Assembly: GCA_020356025.1 (NCBI GenBank)
Contig: CP070630.1
Coordinates: 1,173,702-1,237,701 of the forward strand
Direction: 5' to 3'
DNA length: 64,000 nucleotides
DNA from: Dehalococcoidia bacterium
GTDB taxonomy: Bacteria; Chloroflexota; Dehalococcoidia; SM23-28-2
Shown: positions 54,411 to 64,000 of the stretch, one piece after another
Layout of the letters: each line of letters starts with the position of its first letter
Position numbering within the stretch: the stretch's first letter is position 1
The notes under the pieces: model-generated
Told to the model about the DNA's origin: nothing
Database searches by the model: none
What the model saw: only the letters and a program-made list of their open reading frames with translations
Program-made: the position numbers and the translations under genes

Positions 54411-54959
54411 ATGTCTCGGGTAGGCCGACAGCCGATAGTCGTTCCCTCGGCGGTGAAGGTGAACATCGAGGGTGACCGGGTGACTGTGAGCGGCCCCAAG
54501 GGGGAGCTCAGCCGCGAGTTTCACCCTGACATCGACATTCGTCTGGACGATGGACAGCTGCTGGTCAGCCGGCCCAGCGACCGGCCCGAACATCGCTCGC
54601 TGCACGGCCTCACTCGCAGTTTGCTGGCCAACATGGTCACCGGCGTGAGCGAGGGCTTCACCAAGATGCTGGAGCTGCATGGTGTGGGCTATAGAGCCCA
54701 GATGCAAGGGCAGAAGCTGGTGCTTCAGGTGGGCTATTCGCAGCCGGTGGAGATAACGCCGCCGCCAGAGATCACGCTGGCGGTGGAGGGCACGAGTCGA
54801 GTGATGGTGCAGGGCATAAGCAGGGAACTGGTGGGCCAAGTGGCAGCCGATATTCGTGCTGTGCGGCCGCCCGATCCCTACAAGGGCAAGGGCATCCGCT
54901 ATCAGGGCGAGAGGGTCCGCCACAAGGCAGGCAAGGCGGGCAAGGTCATTAAGCATTAG
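54411..54959 (+). CDS. rplF: 50S ribosomal protein L6
   Basis: [17 protein letters not shown]...GYRAQ...[11 protein letters not shown]. Confidence 0.95.
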   Translation: MSRVGRQPIVVPSAVKVNIEGDRVTVSGPKGELSREFHPDIDIRLDDGQLLVSRPSDRPEHRSLHGLTRSLLANMVTGVSEGFTKMLELHGVGYRAQMQGQKLVLQVGYSQPVEITPPPEITLAVEGTSRVMVQGISRELVGQVAADIRAVRPPDPYKGKGIRYQGERVRHKAGKAGKVIKH

Positions 54960-54961
54960 TC

Positions 54962-55330
54962 ATGAAGGGCAGGAAGACAGCGCGAGCAGCAAGAGTGCGT
55001 CGCCATCGGCGGGTGCGCCAGAAGGTGATGGGCACCCTCCGGAGGCCACGGTTGTGCGTCTTTCGCAGCGTCAATCACATCTATGCCCAGGTGATCGACG
55101 ATGAGAGCGGCCACACGCTGGTAGCGGCCTGCGACCTGGAGGCGGACATCCGCAAGAAGGCTAACGGCAAGCGCAAGACAGAGGTGGCCAGCCTCGTGGG
55201 CCAGCGATTGGCCGAGCGTGCCCAAGAGAAAGGCATCGGGACGGCGGTGTTCGACCGCGGAGGCTACAAGTTTCACGGTCGGGTCAAGGCGCTGGCTGAT
55301 GCCGCTCGCAAGGGTGGGCTCGTATTCTAG
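54962..55330 (+). CDS. rplR: 50S ribosomal protein L18
   Basis: [29 protein letters not shown]...[25 protein letters not shown]. Confidence 0.95.
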   Translation: MKGRKTARAARVRRHRRVRQKVMGTLRRPRLCVFRSVNHIYAQVIDDESGHTLVAACDLEADIRKKANGKRKTEVASLVGQRLAERAQEKGIGTAVFDRGGYKFHGRVKALADAARKGGLVF

Positions 55331-55342
55331 AGACGGGGAGAG

Positions 55343-55870
55343 ATGTCGAATCCCAGGAAATACATAGGCAGTGACCAGAAGATCGACCCGCTGGAGTTGG
55401 AGTTGGCCGAGAAGGTGGTGTTCATCAACCGAGTGGCCAAGGTGGTCAAGGGTGGCCGCCGCTTCCACTTCACCGCCGTCGTGGTGGTAGGCGACGGCGA
55501 GGGGCGTGTAGGCGCTGCTATAGGCAAGGCCAGGGAGGTGCCCGAGGCCATCCGTAAGGCTACTACCGTAGCGCGCAAGAACCTGATAAGGGTTCCCATG
55601 AAGGGAACGACCATCCCTCACGAGGCGTGGGTGCACTTTGGCGCAGCCAAGGTGCTGATCAAGCCGGCGCCGCCGGGCACCGGCCTCATCGCTGGCGGGG
55701 GCGTGCGAGCGGTGTTGCAGATGGCGGGCATTCGGGACGTGGTGGCCAAGTCGCTGGGCAGCGACAACGCGGTGAACGTGGTGAAAGCCACCATGCTCGG
55801 GCTTTCCCAGATGAGGGACGTCAAGTCAACGGTGGCCAAACGTCGTGCTCTGGCTACCGTCGAGACGTAG
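55343..55870 (+). CDS. rpsE: 30S ribosomal protein S5
   Basis: [30 protein letters not shown]. Confidence 0.95.
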   Translation: MSNPRKYIGSDQKIDPLELELAEKVVFINRVAKVVKGGRRFHFTAVVVVGDGEGRVGAAIGKAREVPEAIRKATTVARKNLIRVPMKGTTIPHEAWVHFGAAKVLIKPAPPGTGLIAGGGVRAVLQMAGIRDVVAKSLGSDNAVNVVKATMLGLSQMRDVKSTVAKRRALATVET

Positions 55871-55876
55871 GGAGCG

Positions 55877-56062
55877 ATGGCCAAGCTGAAGATCACTTGG
55901 AGGAAGAGCGCTCTCGGCTACGCGCCAAACCAGCGGCGGACTATCCGCGCCCTGGGGCTGCGGCGCTTGAGGCAGGTGGTGGAGCATAGCGACTCGCCAG
56001 TTGTGCGTGGTATGATACTTAAGGTGCGCCATCTGGTGGAGGTGGAGGAGGTGGAGGAGTAG
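55877..56062 (+). CDS. rpmD: 50S ribosomal protein L30
   Basis: [31 protein letters not shown]. Confidence 0.9.
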   Translation: MAKLKITWRKSALGYAPNQRRTIRALGLRRLRQVVEHSDSPVVRGMILKVRHLVEVEEVEE

Positions 56063-56064
56063 GG

Positions 56065-56535
56065 ATGCAAGCCCACGAGTTGAGACCTACCAAAGGCGCT
56101 CGACACAAGCGAAAGCGAGTCGGCCGCGGCGATGCGAGCGGTCACGGTAGCCACTCGGGACGCGGCTCGAAAGGCCAGAAGGTGCGTTCCGGTGGCGGGC
56201 CTCGCCTGGGCTTTGAGGGCGGCCAGACTCCTCTCATCAAGCGTCTACCCCGGCGGCGGGGCTTCACGAACATCTTCCGGGTGGAGTATGCGTCCGTGAA
56301 CGTGAAGCAGCTGGAGCGCTTTGAGGAGGGCACGGAGGTGACGCCCGAACTCCTGCGCGAGGTAGGAATCATCAAGACTTTGAGGCAGCCGGTGAAGGTT
56401 CTGGGCGACGGCGAGATAACCAAGGCCCTGATAGTGCGGGCCCACAGGTTCTCGGCGGTGGCCAAAGGGAAGATCGAGGCGGCTGGAGGAAGCGTCGAGG
56501 AGGTAGCGCATGGCGCGAGCGCCCACGGTCGCTAG
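56065..56535 (+). CDS. rplO: 50S ribosomal protein L15
   Basis: [26 protein letters not shown]...[11 protein letters not shown]. Confidence 0.95.
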   Translation: MQAHELRPTKGARHKRKRVGRGDASGHGSHSGRGSKGQKVRSGGGPRLGFEGGQTPLIKRLPRRRGFTNIFRVEYASVNVKQLERFEEGTEVTPELLREVGIIKTLRQPVKVLGDGEITKALIVRAHRFSAVAKGKIEAAGGSVEEVAHGASAHGR

Positions 56536-57874
56536 GCCGCGGCTTCTCCAGGCCGTCATCGACGCTTTCCAGCAGGCGGACGTCCGGCAGAAGATCGTAT
56601 TCACTCTGGCGCTGCTGGTGGTGTTCCGGTTTGTGGCCAATCTGCCGCTCCCAGGCGTCGACAGGGATGCCTTGTCGGACATCTTCGAGGGGAATGCTGT
56701 CCTTGGCTTTCTGAACATCTTCAGCGGGGGTGCCCTGCGGAACATGAGTGTGGCCGCTTTGGGGGTCTATCCCTACGTGACGGCGTCCATCGTCATGCAG
56801 CTACTCGTCCCCATAGTGCCCCAACTTCAGGCTTTGACGAAGGAGGGGGAGCAGGGCCGCCGTCAGATCCAGATCTACACGCACTATCTGACAATACCGA
56901 TGTGCATAGTGCAGGGCTACGGGCAGTTGTTCCTTATCGACAACCTGGGCGGTTTCGGGGGAGAGACAAAGATCGGCCTCACCGGCGATGCTTTGATACC
57001 CACTCTTTCCATGATCACCACTATGACGGCTGGCACGATGTTCCTGGTTTGGCTGGGCGAGCTGATCAGTGAGAAGGGGATCGGCAATGGCATATCGGTG
57101 CTGATCTTCGCCGGGATCGTCTCCAACATACCGCGGATGATCTGGACCGAGGTCTATACCTCGACGGCGATGACGGGCGTTGTGATGCTGGTTCTGTTCA
57201 TCATCTTCATTCTGGGGGTCATTGTCTTCTTCCAGGAGGCCCAGAGGCGCATCCCGGTTCAGTACTCGCGCAGCCTGTTCCGAGGCGGGCGAATGTATCG
57301 GCAGTCGGGTCAGACGCACATCCCGCTGCGGGTGAACTCTGCAGGGATGATCCCTCTTATCTTTGCTTTTTCCATTGTCATCTTCCCGGCGTATGCCGCC
57401 AGCATGTTCGAGACATCGGACACCGCTTGGATAGCGAACGTGGCGGACAAGGTGAAGGGGGTCTTCGATCCCTCAAGCTGGGGGTACTGGATCTTTCTGT
57501 TCTTATTGGTAGTAATCTTTGCTTTCTTCTATACGATGGTTATCTTCCAGCAGCAGAACCTGGCGGAGAACCTGCAGCGGCAGGGGGGCTTCATCCCTGG
57601 GATCCGGCCGGGGCGCCCCACGGCGGAGTACATTACGCGGGTGCTCATTCGCATCACCTGGGCTGGTGCTCTCTTCCTTGGCTTTGTTGCGGTGATACCC
57701 TTCGTTGCCTCGGCCCTGACGGGGGAGCAATCCCTTAGTTTAGGCCGCGGAGGGGGATTATCCCTGGGCATCACCAGCGCCGGCCTGATCATCGTGGTGG
57801 GTGTGGTGCTGGATACGATGCGCCAACTGGAGGCCCAGTTGCTGATGCGTCAGTACGAGGGCTTCATCCGCTAG
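56510..57874 (+). CDS. secY: Preprotein translocase subunit SecY
   Basis: ...[26 protein letters not shown]..., ten-helix composition, and position after rplO. Confidence 0.95.
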   Translation: MARAPTVARPRLLQAVIDAFQQADVRQKIVFTLALLVVFRFVANLPLPGVDRDALSDIFEGNAVLGFLNIFSGGALRNMSVAALGVYPYVTASIVMQLLVPIVPQLQALTKEGEQGRRQIQIYTHYLTIPMCIVQGYGQLFLIDNLGGFGGETKIGLTGDALIPTLSMITTMTAGTMFLVWLGELISEKGIGNGISVLIFAGIVSNIPRMIWTEVYTSTAMTGVVMLVLFIIFILGVIVFFQEAQRRIPVQYSRSLFRGGRMYRQSGQTHIPLRVNSAGMIPLIFAFSIVIFPAYAASMFETSDTAWIANVADKVKGVFDPSSWGYWIFLFLLVVIFAFFYTMVIFQQQNLAENLQRQGGFIPGIRPGRPTAEYITRVLIRITWAGALFLGFVAVIPFVASALTGEQSLSLGRGGGLSLGITSAGLIIVVGVVLDTMRQLEAQLLMRQYEGFIR

Positions 57875-57891
57875 GGGGTGGACGAGAGCCC

Positions 57892-58539
57892 TTGTACGTT
57901 ATCCTCTTTGGTGCTCCAGGCGTGGGCAAAGGAACTCAGGCAGTACTTCTGGCCGAGAAGACGGGTTTGTCGCACATTACGACAGGGGAGCTGTTCAGGG
58001 AGGCTATCAGACAGGAGACGGAGCTGGGGAAGCAGGCCAAGGTCTACTACGATCGGGGACAGTTGGTGCCCGATCATTTTACTATCGCGATGCTGCTGGA
58101 GCGCCTATCGAAGGGCGATTGTGCCGATGGCTGCATCTTGGATGGCTTCCCCCGCACGCTGGAACAGGCAGCCGCTCTGGATGAGGCCCTGGTCCGGGAG
58201 GGCAGGGTCATCGACAAGGTGGTCTATATTCAGGCGCCGGAGGGCGAGCTGTTGAGCCGTCTCTCCGGCCGGTGGAGCTGTCGGCAGTGCGGGAGCGTCT
58301 ATCATGAGCGCTTCCAGCCGCCGCGAGAGGCCGGTCGTTGTGACCAGTGCGGCGGCGAGCTGTACCAGCGAGAGGACGATAAGCCTGAGACGGCGCGAAG
58401 GCGTCTGGAGGTCTATGCTCAGCAAACGGCGCCCCTCATTGACTACTACCGGGAGAGGGGCAAGCTGTTGGAGATAGACGGCGATAAGTCAGTGGAGGAG
58501 GTTGCTGAGAACCTGCTGGCGGCTGTGGAGGGCTCCTAG
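57892..58539 (+). CDS. adk: Adenylate kinase (zinc-lid type)
   Basis: ILFGAPGVGKGTQA, and the lid CRQCG...CDQCGG. TTG start. Confidence 0.95.
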   Translation: MYVILFGAPGVGKGTQAVLLAEKTGLSHITTGELFREAIRQETELGKQAKVYYDRGQLVPDHFTIAMLLERLSKGDCADGCILDGFPRTLEQAAALDEALVREGRVIDKVVYIQAPEGELLSRLSGRWSCRQCGSVYHERFQPPREAGRCDQCGGELYQREDDKPETARRRLEVYAQQTAPLIDYYRERGKLLEIDGDKSVEEVAENLLAAVEGS

Positions 58540-58559
58540 GAAGGAGCCCACGAGAATCC

Positions 58560-59309
58560 ATGCCTATCGAGCTGAAGGGGCCCGAGGAGATAGCCCTGAT
58601 GCGGCAGGCGGGCCGGGCTGTGGCCGAGGTTTTGGATATGATGCTGCAGGAGCTTCGGCCGGGGCTGGTGCTCAAGAAGCTGGACGACATTGTGCGACGG
58701 GAGTTCGCCAAGAGAAAGGTGGTTCCCACCTTCCTGGGCTATCAGGGCTATCCGGCGCGCGCTTGTGTGTCGCTGAACGACGAGGTGGTGCATGGCATAC
58801 CCGATAGGCGCGTCCTTCAGGAGGGCGACATCGTGAGCATCGACCTGGGAGCCACGTACAAGGGTTTCGTGGGCGATGCGGCCATCACCGTCGGCGTCGG
58901 GACCATAAGCCCTGTGGCCGAGCGCCTTGTGCGGGTAACGGAGGAAGCGCTCTGGCAGGGCATCAAGGCAGCGAAGGCTGGCGGCCGTCTGGGGCAGATC
59001 TCAGCGGCCATTCAGGCTCAGGTCGAGGGGAACGGCTTCTCTGTGGTGCGGGAGTACGTGGGCCACGGCGTCGGTCGGAGTATGCACGAGGAGCCGCAGG
59101 TGCCCAACTTCGGTCCGCCCGACCGGGGGCCGCTGCTTCAGAAGGGCATGACGCTGGCGTTGGAGCCGATGGTTACCACCGGCAATTGGCGAACCAAGAA
59201 GGATTCCGACGGTTGGACGGTGCGAACAGCCGATGGTAGCCTCGCCGCCCACTTCGAGCACACGATAGTGATAACGGAAGGCGAGGCGGAGGTGCTGACG
59301 CTTCGTTGA
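58560..59309 (+). CDS. map: Type I methionine aminopeptidase
   Basis: VHGIPD...GDIVSIDLG...GHGVGRSMHEEP...LALEPM...EHT. Confidence 0.95.
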   Translation: MPIELKGPEEIALMRQAGRAVAEVLDMMLQELRPGLVLKKLDDIVRREFAKRKVVPTFLGYQGYPARACVSLNDEVVHGIPDRRVLQEGDIVSIDLGATYKGFVGDAAITVGVGTISPVAERLVRVTEEALWQGIKAAKAGGRLGQISAAIQAQVEGNGFSVVREYVGHGVGRSMHEEPQVPNFGPPDRGPLLQKGMTLALEPMVTTGNWRTKKDSDGWTVRTADGSLAAHFEHTIVITEGEAEVLTLR

Positions 59310-59354
59310 GGATGCTGGTAAACTATCTGGGGGTGATTGGGCTTCGGGCCCTTT

Positions 59355-59573
59355 ATGGGTAAAAAAGAAGCTATAGAGGTCGAAGGGGTAGTCAAAGAAG
59401 CGCTGCCCAATGCTGTGTTTCGGGTAGAGCTGCCCAATGGGCACCGGGTTCTTGCCCACGCCTCTGGCAAGATACGGGTGCACTTCATCCGTATTCTGCC
59501 CGGCGACCGAGTGCTGGTGGAACTGTCGCCATACGACCTTACTCGTGGTAGGATTACCTATCGGCTCCGCTAG
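59355..59573 (+). CDS. infA: Translation initiation factor IF-1
   Basis: [41 protein letters not shown]...[22 protein letters not shown]. Confidence 0.95.
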   Translation: MGKKEAIEVEGVVKEALPNAVFRVELPNGHRVLAHASGKIRVHFIRILPGDRVLVELSPYDLTRGRITYRLR

Positions 59574-59599
59574 ACTTTTCGGTGGCAGCAGGACTGACG

Positions 59600-59713
59600 A
59601 TGAAAGTAAAGGCTTCGGTCAAGCGACGGTGCGATAAGTGCAAGATCGTGCGTCGCAAGGGTGTGGTGAGGGTGATCTGCGAAAACCCGCGGCACAAGCA
59701 GCGCCAAGGGTAG
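59600..59713 (+). CDS. rpmJ: 50S ribosomal protein L36 (37 aa)
   Basis: Below the track cutoff. My translation is [37 protein letters not shown]. Confidence 0.95.
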   Translation: MKVKASVKRRCDKCKIVRRKGVVRVICENPRHKQRQG

Positions 59714-59723
59714 AGGAGGCGTT

Positions 59724-60107
59724 ATGGCACGTATCGCTGGCGTGGACATTCCCAGGGACAAGCGGGTGGACGTGTCGCTGCGCTACATCTACGGCATAGG
59801 GCCCACTCTGGCCCACAACATCTGCGACAACGCACGAGTGGAGCCCGCCACGAAGGTGCGGGACCTAACGGACGACGAGATCAGCCGCATCCGTGAGTTT
59901 ATCGACCGGAATTATACGGTGGAGGGCGAGCTGCGCAAGGGAGTGCGGCAGAACGTGCAGCGCCTCATCGAGATCAACTGCTATCGGGGAGTGCGCCATC
60001 GCCGTGGCCTGCCGGCACGTGGCCAGCGCACTCGGACCAACGCTCGCTGCAAGCGAGGCCCGCGCAAGACGGTGGCTGGCAAGCGGCGGGCGATGACGAA
60101 GAAGTAG
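59724..60107 (+). CDS. rpsM: 30S ribosomal protein S13
   Basis: [23 protein letters not shown]. Confidence 0.95.
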   Translation: MARIAGVDIPRDKRVDVSLRYIYGIGPTLAHNICDNARVEPATKVRDLTDDEISRIREFIDRNYTVEGELRKGVRQNVQRLIEINCYRGVRHRRGLPARGQRTRTNARCKRGPRKTVAGKRRAMTKK

Positions 60108-60141
60108 GACGGCCAGCTAGAGGTAAGCAGCAAGGAGGGAT

Positions 60142-60537
60142 ATGGCTGAGAAGAAAGGCCGAAGCCGGGCAAGACGGCGGGAGCGCAAGAACGTTCCCGT
60201 GGGCCGTGCCTACATTCAGTCCACGTTCAACAATACGATCATTACACTGACCGATCCCAACGGCAACGTGCTCGCCTGGGCTAGCGCGGGCACGGTCGGC
60301 TTCAAGGGCTCCCGCAAGAGCACGCCCTACGCTGCCCAGATAGCGGCCGATAGGGCGGCGAAGCGGGGGATGGAGCACGGGCTGCGCCAGGTGGAGGTCT
60401 ATGTGAAGGGGCCGGGTAGCGGGCGCGAGGCGGCCATACGCTCTCTCCAGGGGGCGGGCATCCAGGTGACGAGCATCCGGGACGTGACCCCTATTCCCCA
60501 CAACGGTTGTCGCCCACCCAAGCGGCGGCGAGTGTAA
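60142..60537 (+). CDS. rpsK: 30S ribosomal protein S11
   Basis: [44 protein letters not shown]. Confidence 0.95.
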   Translation: MAEKKGRSRARRRERKNVPVGRAYIQSTFNNTIITLTDPNGNVLAWASAGTVGFKGSRKSTPYAAQIAADRAAKRGMEHGLRQVEVYVKGPGSGREAAIRSLQGAGIQVTSIRDVTPIPHNGCRPPKRRRV

Positions 60538-60576
60538 GGTGGGGACGTTTCTGTCTCAGGTGGTGAAGGAGAGCTA

Positions 60577-61203
60577 GTGGCACGCTATAGAGGACCTGTT
60601 TGTCGGATATGTCGGCGCTTGGCCGAAAAGCTCTATCTGAAAGGGGAGAAGTGCTACACTCCCCGCTGTCCCTTTGAGCGCCGTCCCTACGCACCTGGGC
60701 GACGCTCCATGCGGCGGCGCAAGGTGTCCGACCGCGGCCTTCAGCTGCGGGAGAAGCAGAAGGCGCGCTCCGCCTACGGCCTGCTGGAGCGGCAGTTCCG
60801 CCGCTACTACAGGGAGGCGGTGCGGAGCAAGGGCATCACGGGCGAGGATCTGCTGTGCATCATGGAGATGCGGCTGGACAATGTTGTGTACCGTCTGGGC
60901 TTCGCCGATTCGCGCAACCAGGCTCGCCAGTTGGTGCTGCATGGCCATATCAGCGTAAACGGCCACAAGGCCGATATCCCCTCTCACGTCATCAAGGTGA
61001 ACGATGTCATCGGTTGGACGGCGAGGGGGGCTAAGAGCGGAATCTTCCAGGTGGTCAAGGAGCAGGTGGCCGAGCGGTCTCTTCCATCCTGGCTGAGCCT
61101 GGACGGTGGGCAAATGACGGGGCGGGTGCTGTCGCTACCAACCATGGAAGACATCGGCGCCAAATTCGACCCGGCTACTGTTGTTGAGTACTACTCGCGT
61201 TAG
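60577..61203 (+). CDS. rpsD: 30S ribosomal protein S4
   Basis: MARYRGPVCRICRR...GEKCYTPRC..., and the S4 domain LDNVVYRLGFA.SR.QARQLV.HGHI.VNG. Confidence 0.95.
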   Translation: MARYRGPVCRICRRLAEKLYLKGEKCYTPRCPFERRPYAPGRRSMRRRKVSDRGLQLREKQKARSAYGLLERQFRRYYREAVRSKGITGEDLLCIMEMRLDNVVYRLGFADSRNQARQLVLHGHISVNGHKADIPSHVIKVNDVIGWTARGAKSGIFQVVKEQVAERSLPSWLSLDGGQMTGRVLSLPTMEDIGAKFDPATVVEYYSR

Positions 61204-61239
61204 CAATCACTTGTTGCCAGAGTGAGGAGGTGGGTCTCA

Positions 61240-62556
61240 GTGACCCAGTTGGTCGTTGCCCAGGTTGAGATTGTGGAGAGCGACGACAACTATGTGTGCA
61301 TCGTCGCCGAGCCTCTGGAGCCAGGCTTCGGCACTACCGTGGGCAATTCCTTGAGGAGGGTTCTTCTCAGCTCTCTGCCGGGCGCTGCTATTACCTCCGT
61401 GCGCATCGACGGCATACAGCACGAGTTCTCTACCATTCCTCACATGAAGGAGGACACCATCGAGTTCCTCCTGAACGTGAAGGAGCTTCGCCTGCGGGCC
61501 CTGTCCGACCGGCCGGGCACGCTGCTGCTAGAGGTGAGCGGTCGTGAAGGGGAAATAACCGCCGCCGAGATCCAAGTTCCGCCGGACTATGAGATCCTCA
61601 ACCCTGAGCAGCACCTGGCCACGCTGGACTCGGCGGAGGGGGAGCTGAGGGTGGAGTTCAATGTGGAGCAGGGCCATGGCTATGTCCCGGCGGGGGAGAG
61701 CGATGAACTGCCCATTGGGGTAATCCCGGTGGACGCCATTTACACGCCCGTGCGCAAGGTGAACTATAGGGTGGAGCGCACGCGCGTGGGCCAGATCAGC
61801 AACTATGACCGCCTGGTGCTGGAGGCCTGGACGGACGGCACCATGACCGGCGTGGAGGCCATGAGCCAGAGCGCCGATATCCTTTTGGAGCAGCTCTCCC
61901 CGTTCAGTCAGTTGGGTAAGCCGGCGCCGCCAATGGTGGAGCGCGGTCTGGGTGCGGGCACCGTGCTCACGCCGGACCGCTACAACACGACCATTGAGGA
62001 CCTCAGCCTGTCGGTGCGGGCCTACAATTGCCTCAAGCGCAGCGGGCTGATGACGGTGGGTCAGGTGCTGGAGAAGAGCGAGGACGAGCTTCTTGCCCTA
62101 CGCAACTTCGGCCGCAAGTCCTACGACGAGCTCAAGACGCGCCTGCGGGAACTGGACTTCCTGCCCGACGAGACGGTGGAGGAGGAACTGCCGGTCGAGG
62201 TTCCCTCGGTGATCGAAGAGGAAGGGCTACCGGCGGTGGTCGGGCGCGGCAGGGAGGCAGCGGCTGTGACGGCAGAGCCGGCCGCTGGTCTTGAAGAGCC
62301 CACGGTGGTCGTCGAGGAGGCAGCGCTGCCGAAAGCGGCCGAGGTGGCGGCGCCAGAGCTTGCTGAGGAGGCGGTGGCCGCGCCGACTGAGGAGGAGGTC
62401 GAGGCCAAGGCTAAGCCTAAGGCTAAGCCCAAGGCTAAGGCTAAGGCCAAGGCAGAAGAGCCAGCGGTTGAAGAAGAAGAGGGCGAAGAGATGGCCGAGT
62501 GGCAGCGGATGCTGCAAAAGCTGAAGGACGAGGTCGGCGAGGAGGGCGAGGGCTAG
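61240..62556 (+). CDS. rpoA: DNA-directed RNA polymerase subunit alpha with about 110-aa C-terminal extension
   Basis: [31 protein letters not shown], and the alpha-[46 protein letters not shown] prefer GTG 61240 because GAGGAGGTGG sits just upstream. The track start at 61222 lies inside that SD. Confidence 0.9.
   Translation: MTQLVVAQVEIVESDDNYVCIVAEPLEPGFGTTVGNSLRRVLLSSLPGAAITSVRIDGIQHEFSTIPHMKEDTIEFLLNVKELRLRALSDRPGTLLLEVSGREGEITAAEIQVPPDYEILNPEQHLATLDSAEGELRVEFNVEQGHGYVPAGESDELPIGVIPVDAIYTPVRKVNYRVERTRVGQISNYDRLVLEAWTDGTMTGVEAMSQSADILLEQLSPFSQLGKPAPPMVERGLGAGTVLTPDRYNTTIEDLSLSVRAYNCLKRSGLMTVGQVLEKSEDELLALRNFGRKSYDELKTRLRELDFLPDETVEEELPVEVPSVIEEEGLPAVVGRGREAAAVTAEPAAGLEEPTVVVEEAALPKAAEVAAPELAEEAVAAPTEEEVEAKAKPKAKPKAKAKAKAEEPAVEEEEGEEMAEWQRMLQKLKDEVGEEGEG
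62404..62454 (+). repeat. AAGGCT-type hexanucleotide microrepeat encoding [17 protein letters not shown] in the RpoA tail
   Basis: GCCAAGGCTAAGCCTAAGGCTAAGCCCAAGGCTAAGGCTAAGGCCAAGGCA. Confidence 0.7.
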
Positions 62557-62561
62557 CCGAC

Positions 62562-62945
62562 ATGGCGCACGGTATCGCTGGACGCAGGCTGAGTCGCTCT
62601 CCGAGCCACCGCCTGGCCATGTTTCGCAACCAGGTGACCGATCTGCTACGTCATGAGAAGATCGTGACCACCGAGGCCAAGGCGAAGGAGGTGCGGAGCA
62701 TCGCCGAGAAGGTGATCACGCTGGGCAGGCACGGAACCCTTCACGCTCGGCGACGGGCTCTGCGCATCGTGAGCGACAAGGATGTGCTGAAGAAGATCTT
62801 CGATGAGTTGGGGCCTCGCTATGCCAGTCGGCCCGGCGGCTATACGCGCATCATCAAGCTGGGGCCGCGTCAGGGCGATGCCGCTAGGATGGCCCAACTG
62901 GAGCTGGTGGAGGAGGAAGAGGAAGAGGAGGAGGAGAAGCAGTAG
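62562..62945 (+). CDS. rplQ: 50S ribosomal protein L17 (poly-Glu tail)
   Basis: [43 protein letters not shown]. The C-terminus is [14 protein letters not shown] prefer ATG 62562. Confidence 0.95.
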   Translation: MAHGIAGRRLSRSPSHRLAMFRNQVTDLLRHEKIVTTEAKAKEVRSIAEKVITLGRHGTLHARRRALRIVSDKDVLKKIFDELGPRYASRPGGYTRIIKLGPRQGDAARMAQLELVEEEEEEEEEKQ

Positions 62946-62984
62946 GGAGCCTGTCGGCCAGCCGGCGGGTGGCGGGTTGTCATC

Positions 62985-63791
62985 GTGGTGGTCGAGCAGG
63001 GCGAGGAGGAAAGATCCCTTCGGAGAATTGTCCTGGTGGTGGAGTATGACGGAGCGGCCTATGCCGGCTCTCAGTATCAAAAGAATGTTCCCACCATCCA
63101 GGGGGAGTTGGAGAAAGCGCTGAGCAAGCTAACAGGCGAACGAACGAGGGTGGCGCTGGCCGGTCGCACCGACGCCGGTGTCCACGCCGAGGGACAGGTA
63201 GCTTCCTTTCGGACGCGGGCGCCCTACGAGGTGGAGGTGTTCGTGCGGGCGCTGAACGTACATCTTCCTGAGGATATCGTCGTGCGTTCGTCCCGTGAGG
63301 TGCCGCTAAGCTTTCAGGTGCGTCGGCAGGCAAAGAGGCGGCGGTATCGCTACCTCATATACAACGGGCGGGAGCGGCCAGCCCTTCTCAGGGGCTACTG
63401 CTGGCACGTCGCCCAGCCTCTGGACGTAGAAGCGATGCAGGCGGCAGTTCGACAACTTGTGGGTGAGCACGATCTCGCGTCCTTCGCTGCACCGTCGGCC
63501 CCCGGCAGGACTGTGCGAACGGTGTACAGGGCCGTGGTTCGGCGTCAGCGTTCCTGGGTGACGTTCGACATCGAAGGCAACTCGTTCCTGTTGCAGCAGG
63601 TGCGACGGACGGTAGGGGCGCTGGTGCAGGTGGGCCTGGGCAAGCAGACGGTGGAGGACTTCCGGCGGCTGCTGGCGTCGGCTGAGAGAGGAGCAGCCAC
63701 TCAGGTGGCGCCGCCGCAGGGGCTCTGCCTGATGGCTGTAGAGTACGAGGGTTTGAGTGAAAGTGGCCACGAAGAGGACACGAACCTTTAG
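62985..63791 (+). CDS. truA: tRNA pseudouridine(38-40) synthase TruA
   Basis: [15 protein letters not shown] and [14 protein letters not shown] (catalytic Asp motif). The GTG start is uncertain. Confidence 0.9.
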   Translation: MVVEQGEEERSLRRIVLVVEYDGAAYAGSQYQKNVPTIQGELEKALSKLTGERTRVALAGRTDAGVHAEGQVASFRTRAPYEVEVFVRALNVHLPEDIVVRSSREVPLSFQVRRQAKRRRYRYLIYNGRERPALLRGYCWHVAQPLDVEAMQAAVRQLVGEHDLASFAAPSAPGRTVRTVYRAVVRRQRSWVTFDIEGNSFLLQQVRRTVGALVQVGLGKQTVEDFRRLLASAERGAATQVAPPQGLCLMAVEYEGLSESGHEEDTNL

Positions 63792-64000
63792 CCTGAAGGG
63801 CGGCGATATCACCCGCGACTGGGTGGTGGTAGACGCGGCCGACCAGACGCTGGGACGTCTGGCAACGCGCATAGCGCGCCTTCTGCGGGGCAAGCACAAG
63901 CCCACCTTTTCGCCTCATCTGGAGATGGGCGACTACGTCATCGTGGTGAATGCCGCGCGCGTGCGGGTGACCGGTAAGAAGCTAAGCGATAAGGTCTACT
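63757..64000 (+). CDS. rplM: 50S ribosomal protein L13, 5' part (continues beyond the right edge)
   Basis: Not in the track because there is no stop. My translation is (M)[80 protein letters not shown]... Start is GTG 63757 or 63763, overlapping the truA 3' end. Confidence 0.9.
   Translation, partial: MKVATKRTRTFSLKGGDITRDWVVVDAADQTLGRLATRIARLLRGKHKPTFSPHLEMGDYVIVVNAARVRVTGKKLSDKVY

Overview
High-GC bacterial chromosomal segment, almost entirely core genome. The lineage is unknown; gene content and order loosely suggest a Chloroflexota/Thermomicrobia-like monoderm, but that is only a guess.

Layout:
- 1-13.5 kb, mostly minus strand: an envelope glycan-assembly cluster (two GT-C-like polytopic membrane proteins, a SAM methyltransferase, GT4, GT2 and a MOP-type flippase). 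It is followed by a CPBP protease, a DUF1616-like/LysM membrane protein with a geranylgeranyl-reductase-family flavoprotein, and an M16 peptidase.
- From 13.6 kb, almost all plus-strand housekeeping genes:
  - pyrG, tal, and rpsU-yqeY-pgpH-like.
  - purQ and purL, separated by three tandem DUF4389 paralogues.
  - An rplI-dnaB-dnaD-like-dnaC-like operon behind a DnaA-box cluster.
  - moaD-moaE-nudix (minus strand), comF-hpf, glyA and rpsF-ssb-rpsR.
  - A PPIase, hom-(coiled-coil ORF)-thrC and folE.
  - The str/S10/spc/alpha ribosomal superoperon (rpsL to rplQ, with no tuf), truA and the start of rplM.
- I recognised no rRNA, tRNA, CRISPR array or mobile element.

Most interesting observation: an ORF missing from the ORF track (16573..17001, minus strand) encodes a homologue of the ferredoxin:thioredoxin reductase (FTR) catalytic subunit.
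- It has two in-frame TGA codons, exactly at the two cysteines that form the redox-active disulfide in FTR. All four Fe-S ligand cysteines are kept.
- Each TGA is followed, after the same 13-nt spacer, by a perfect 7-bp hairpin (SECIS-like).
- This suggests a selenoprotein with a possible diselenide active site.
- It sits tail-to-tail with two tandem ~40-aa desulforedoxin-like genes, also missing from the track.

Other notable items:
- A covalently duplicated DnaC/DnaI-type helicase loader.
- Tandem acidic repeat extensions on L9, L3, S17, L17 and RpoA.
- A small 4Fe-4S-motif ORF with a TGA at codon 5.
- Terminator or hairpin leaders in front of glyA and folE.
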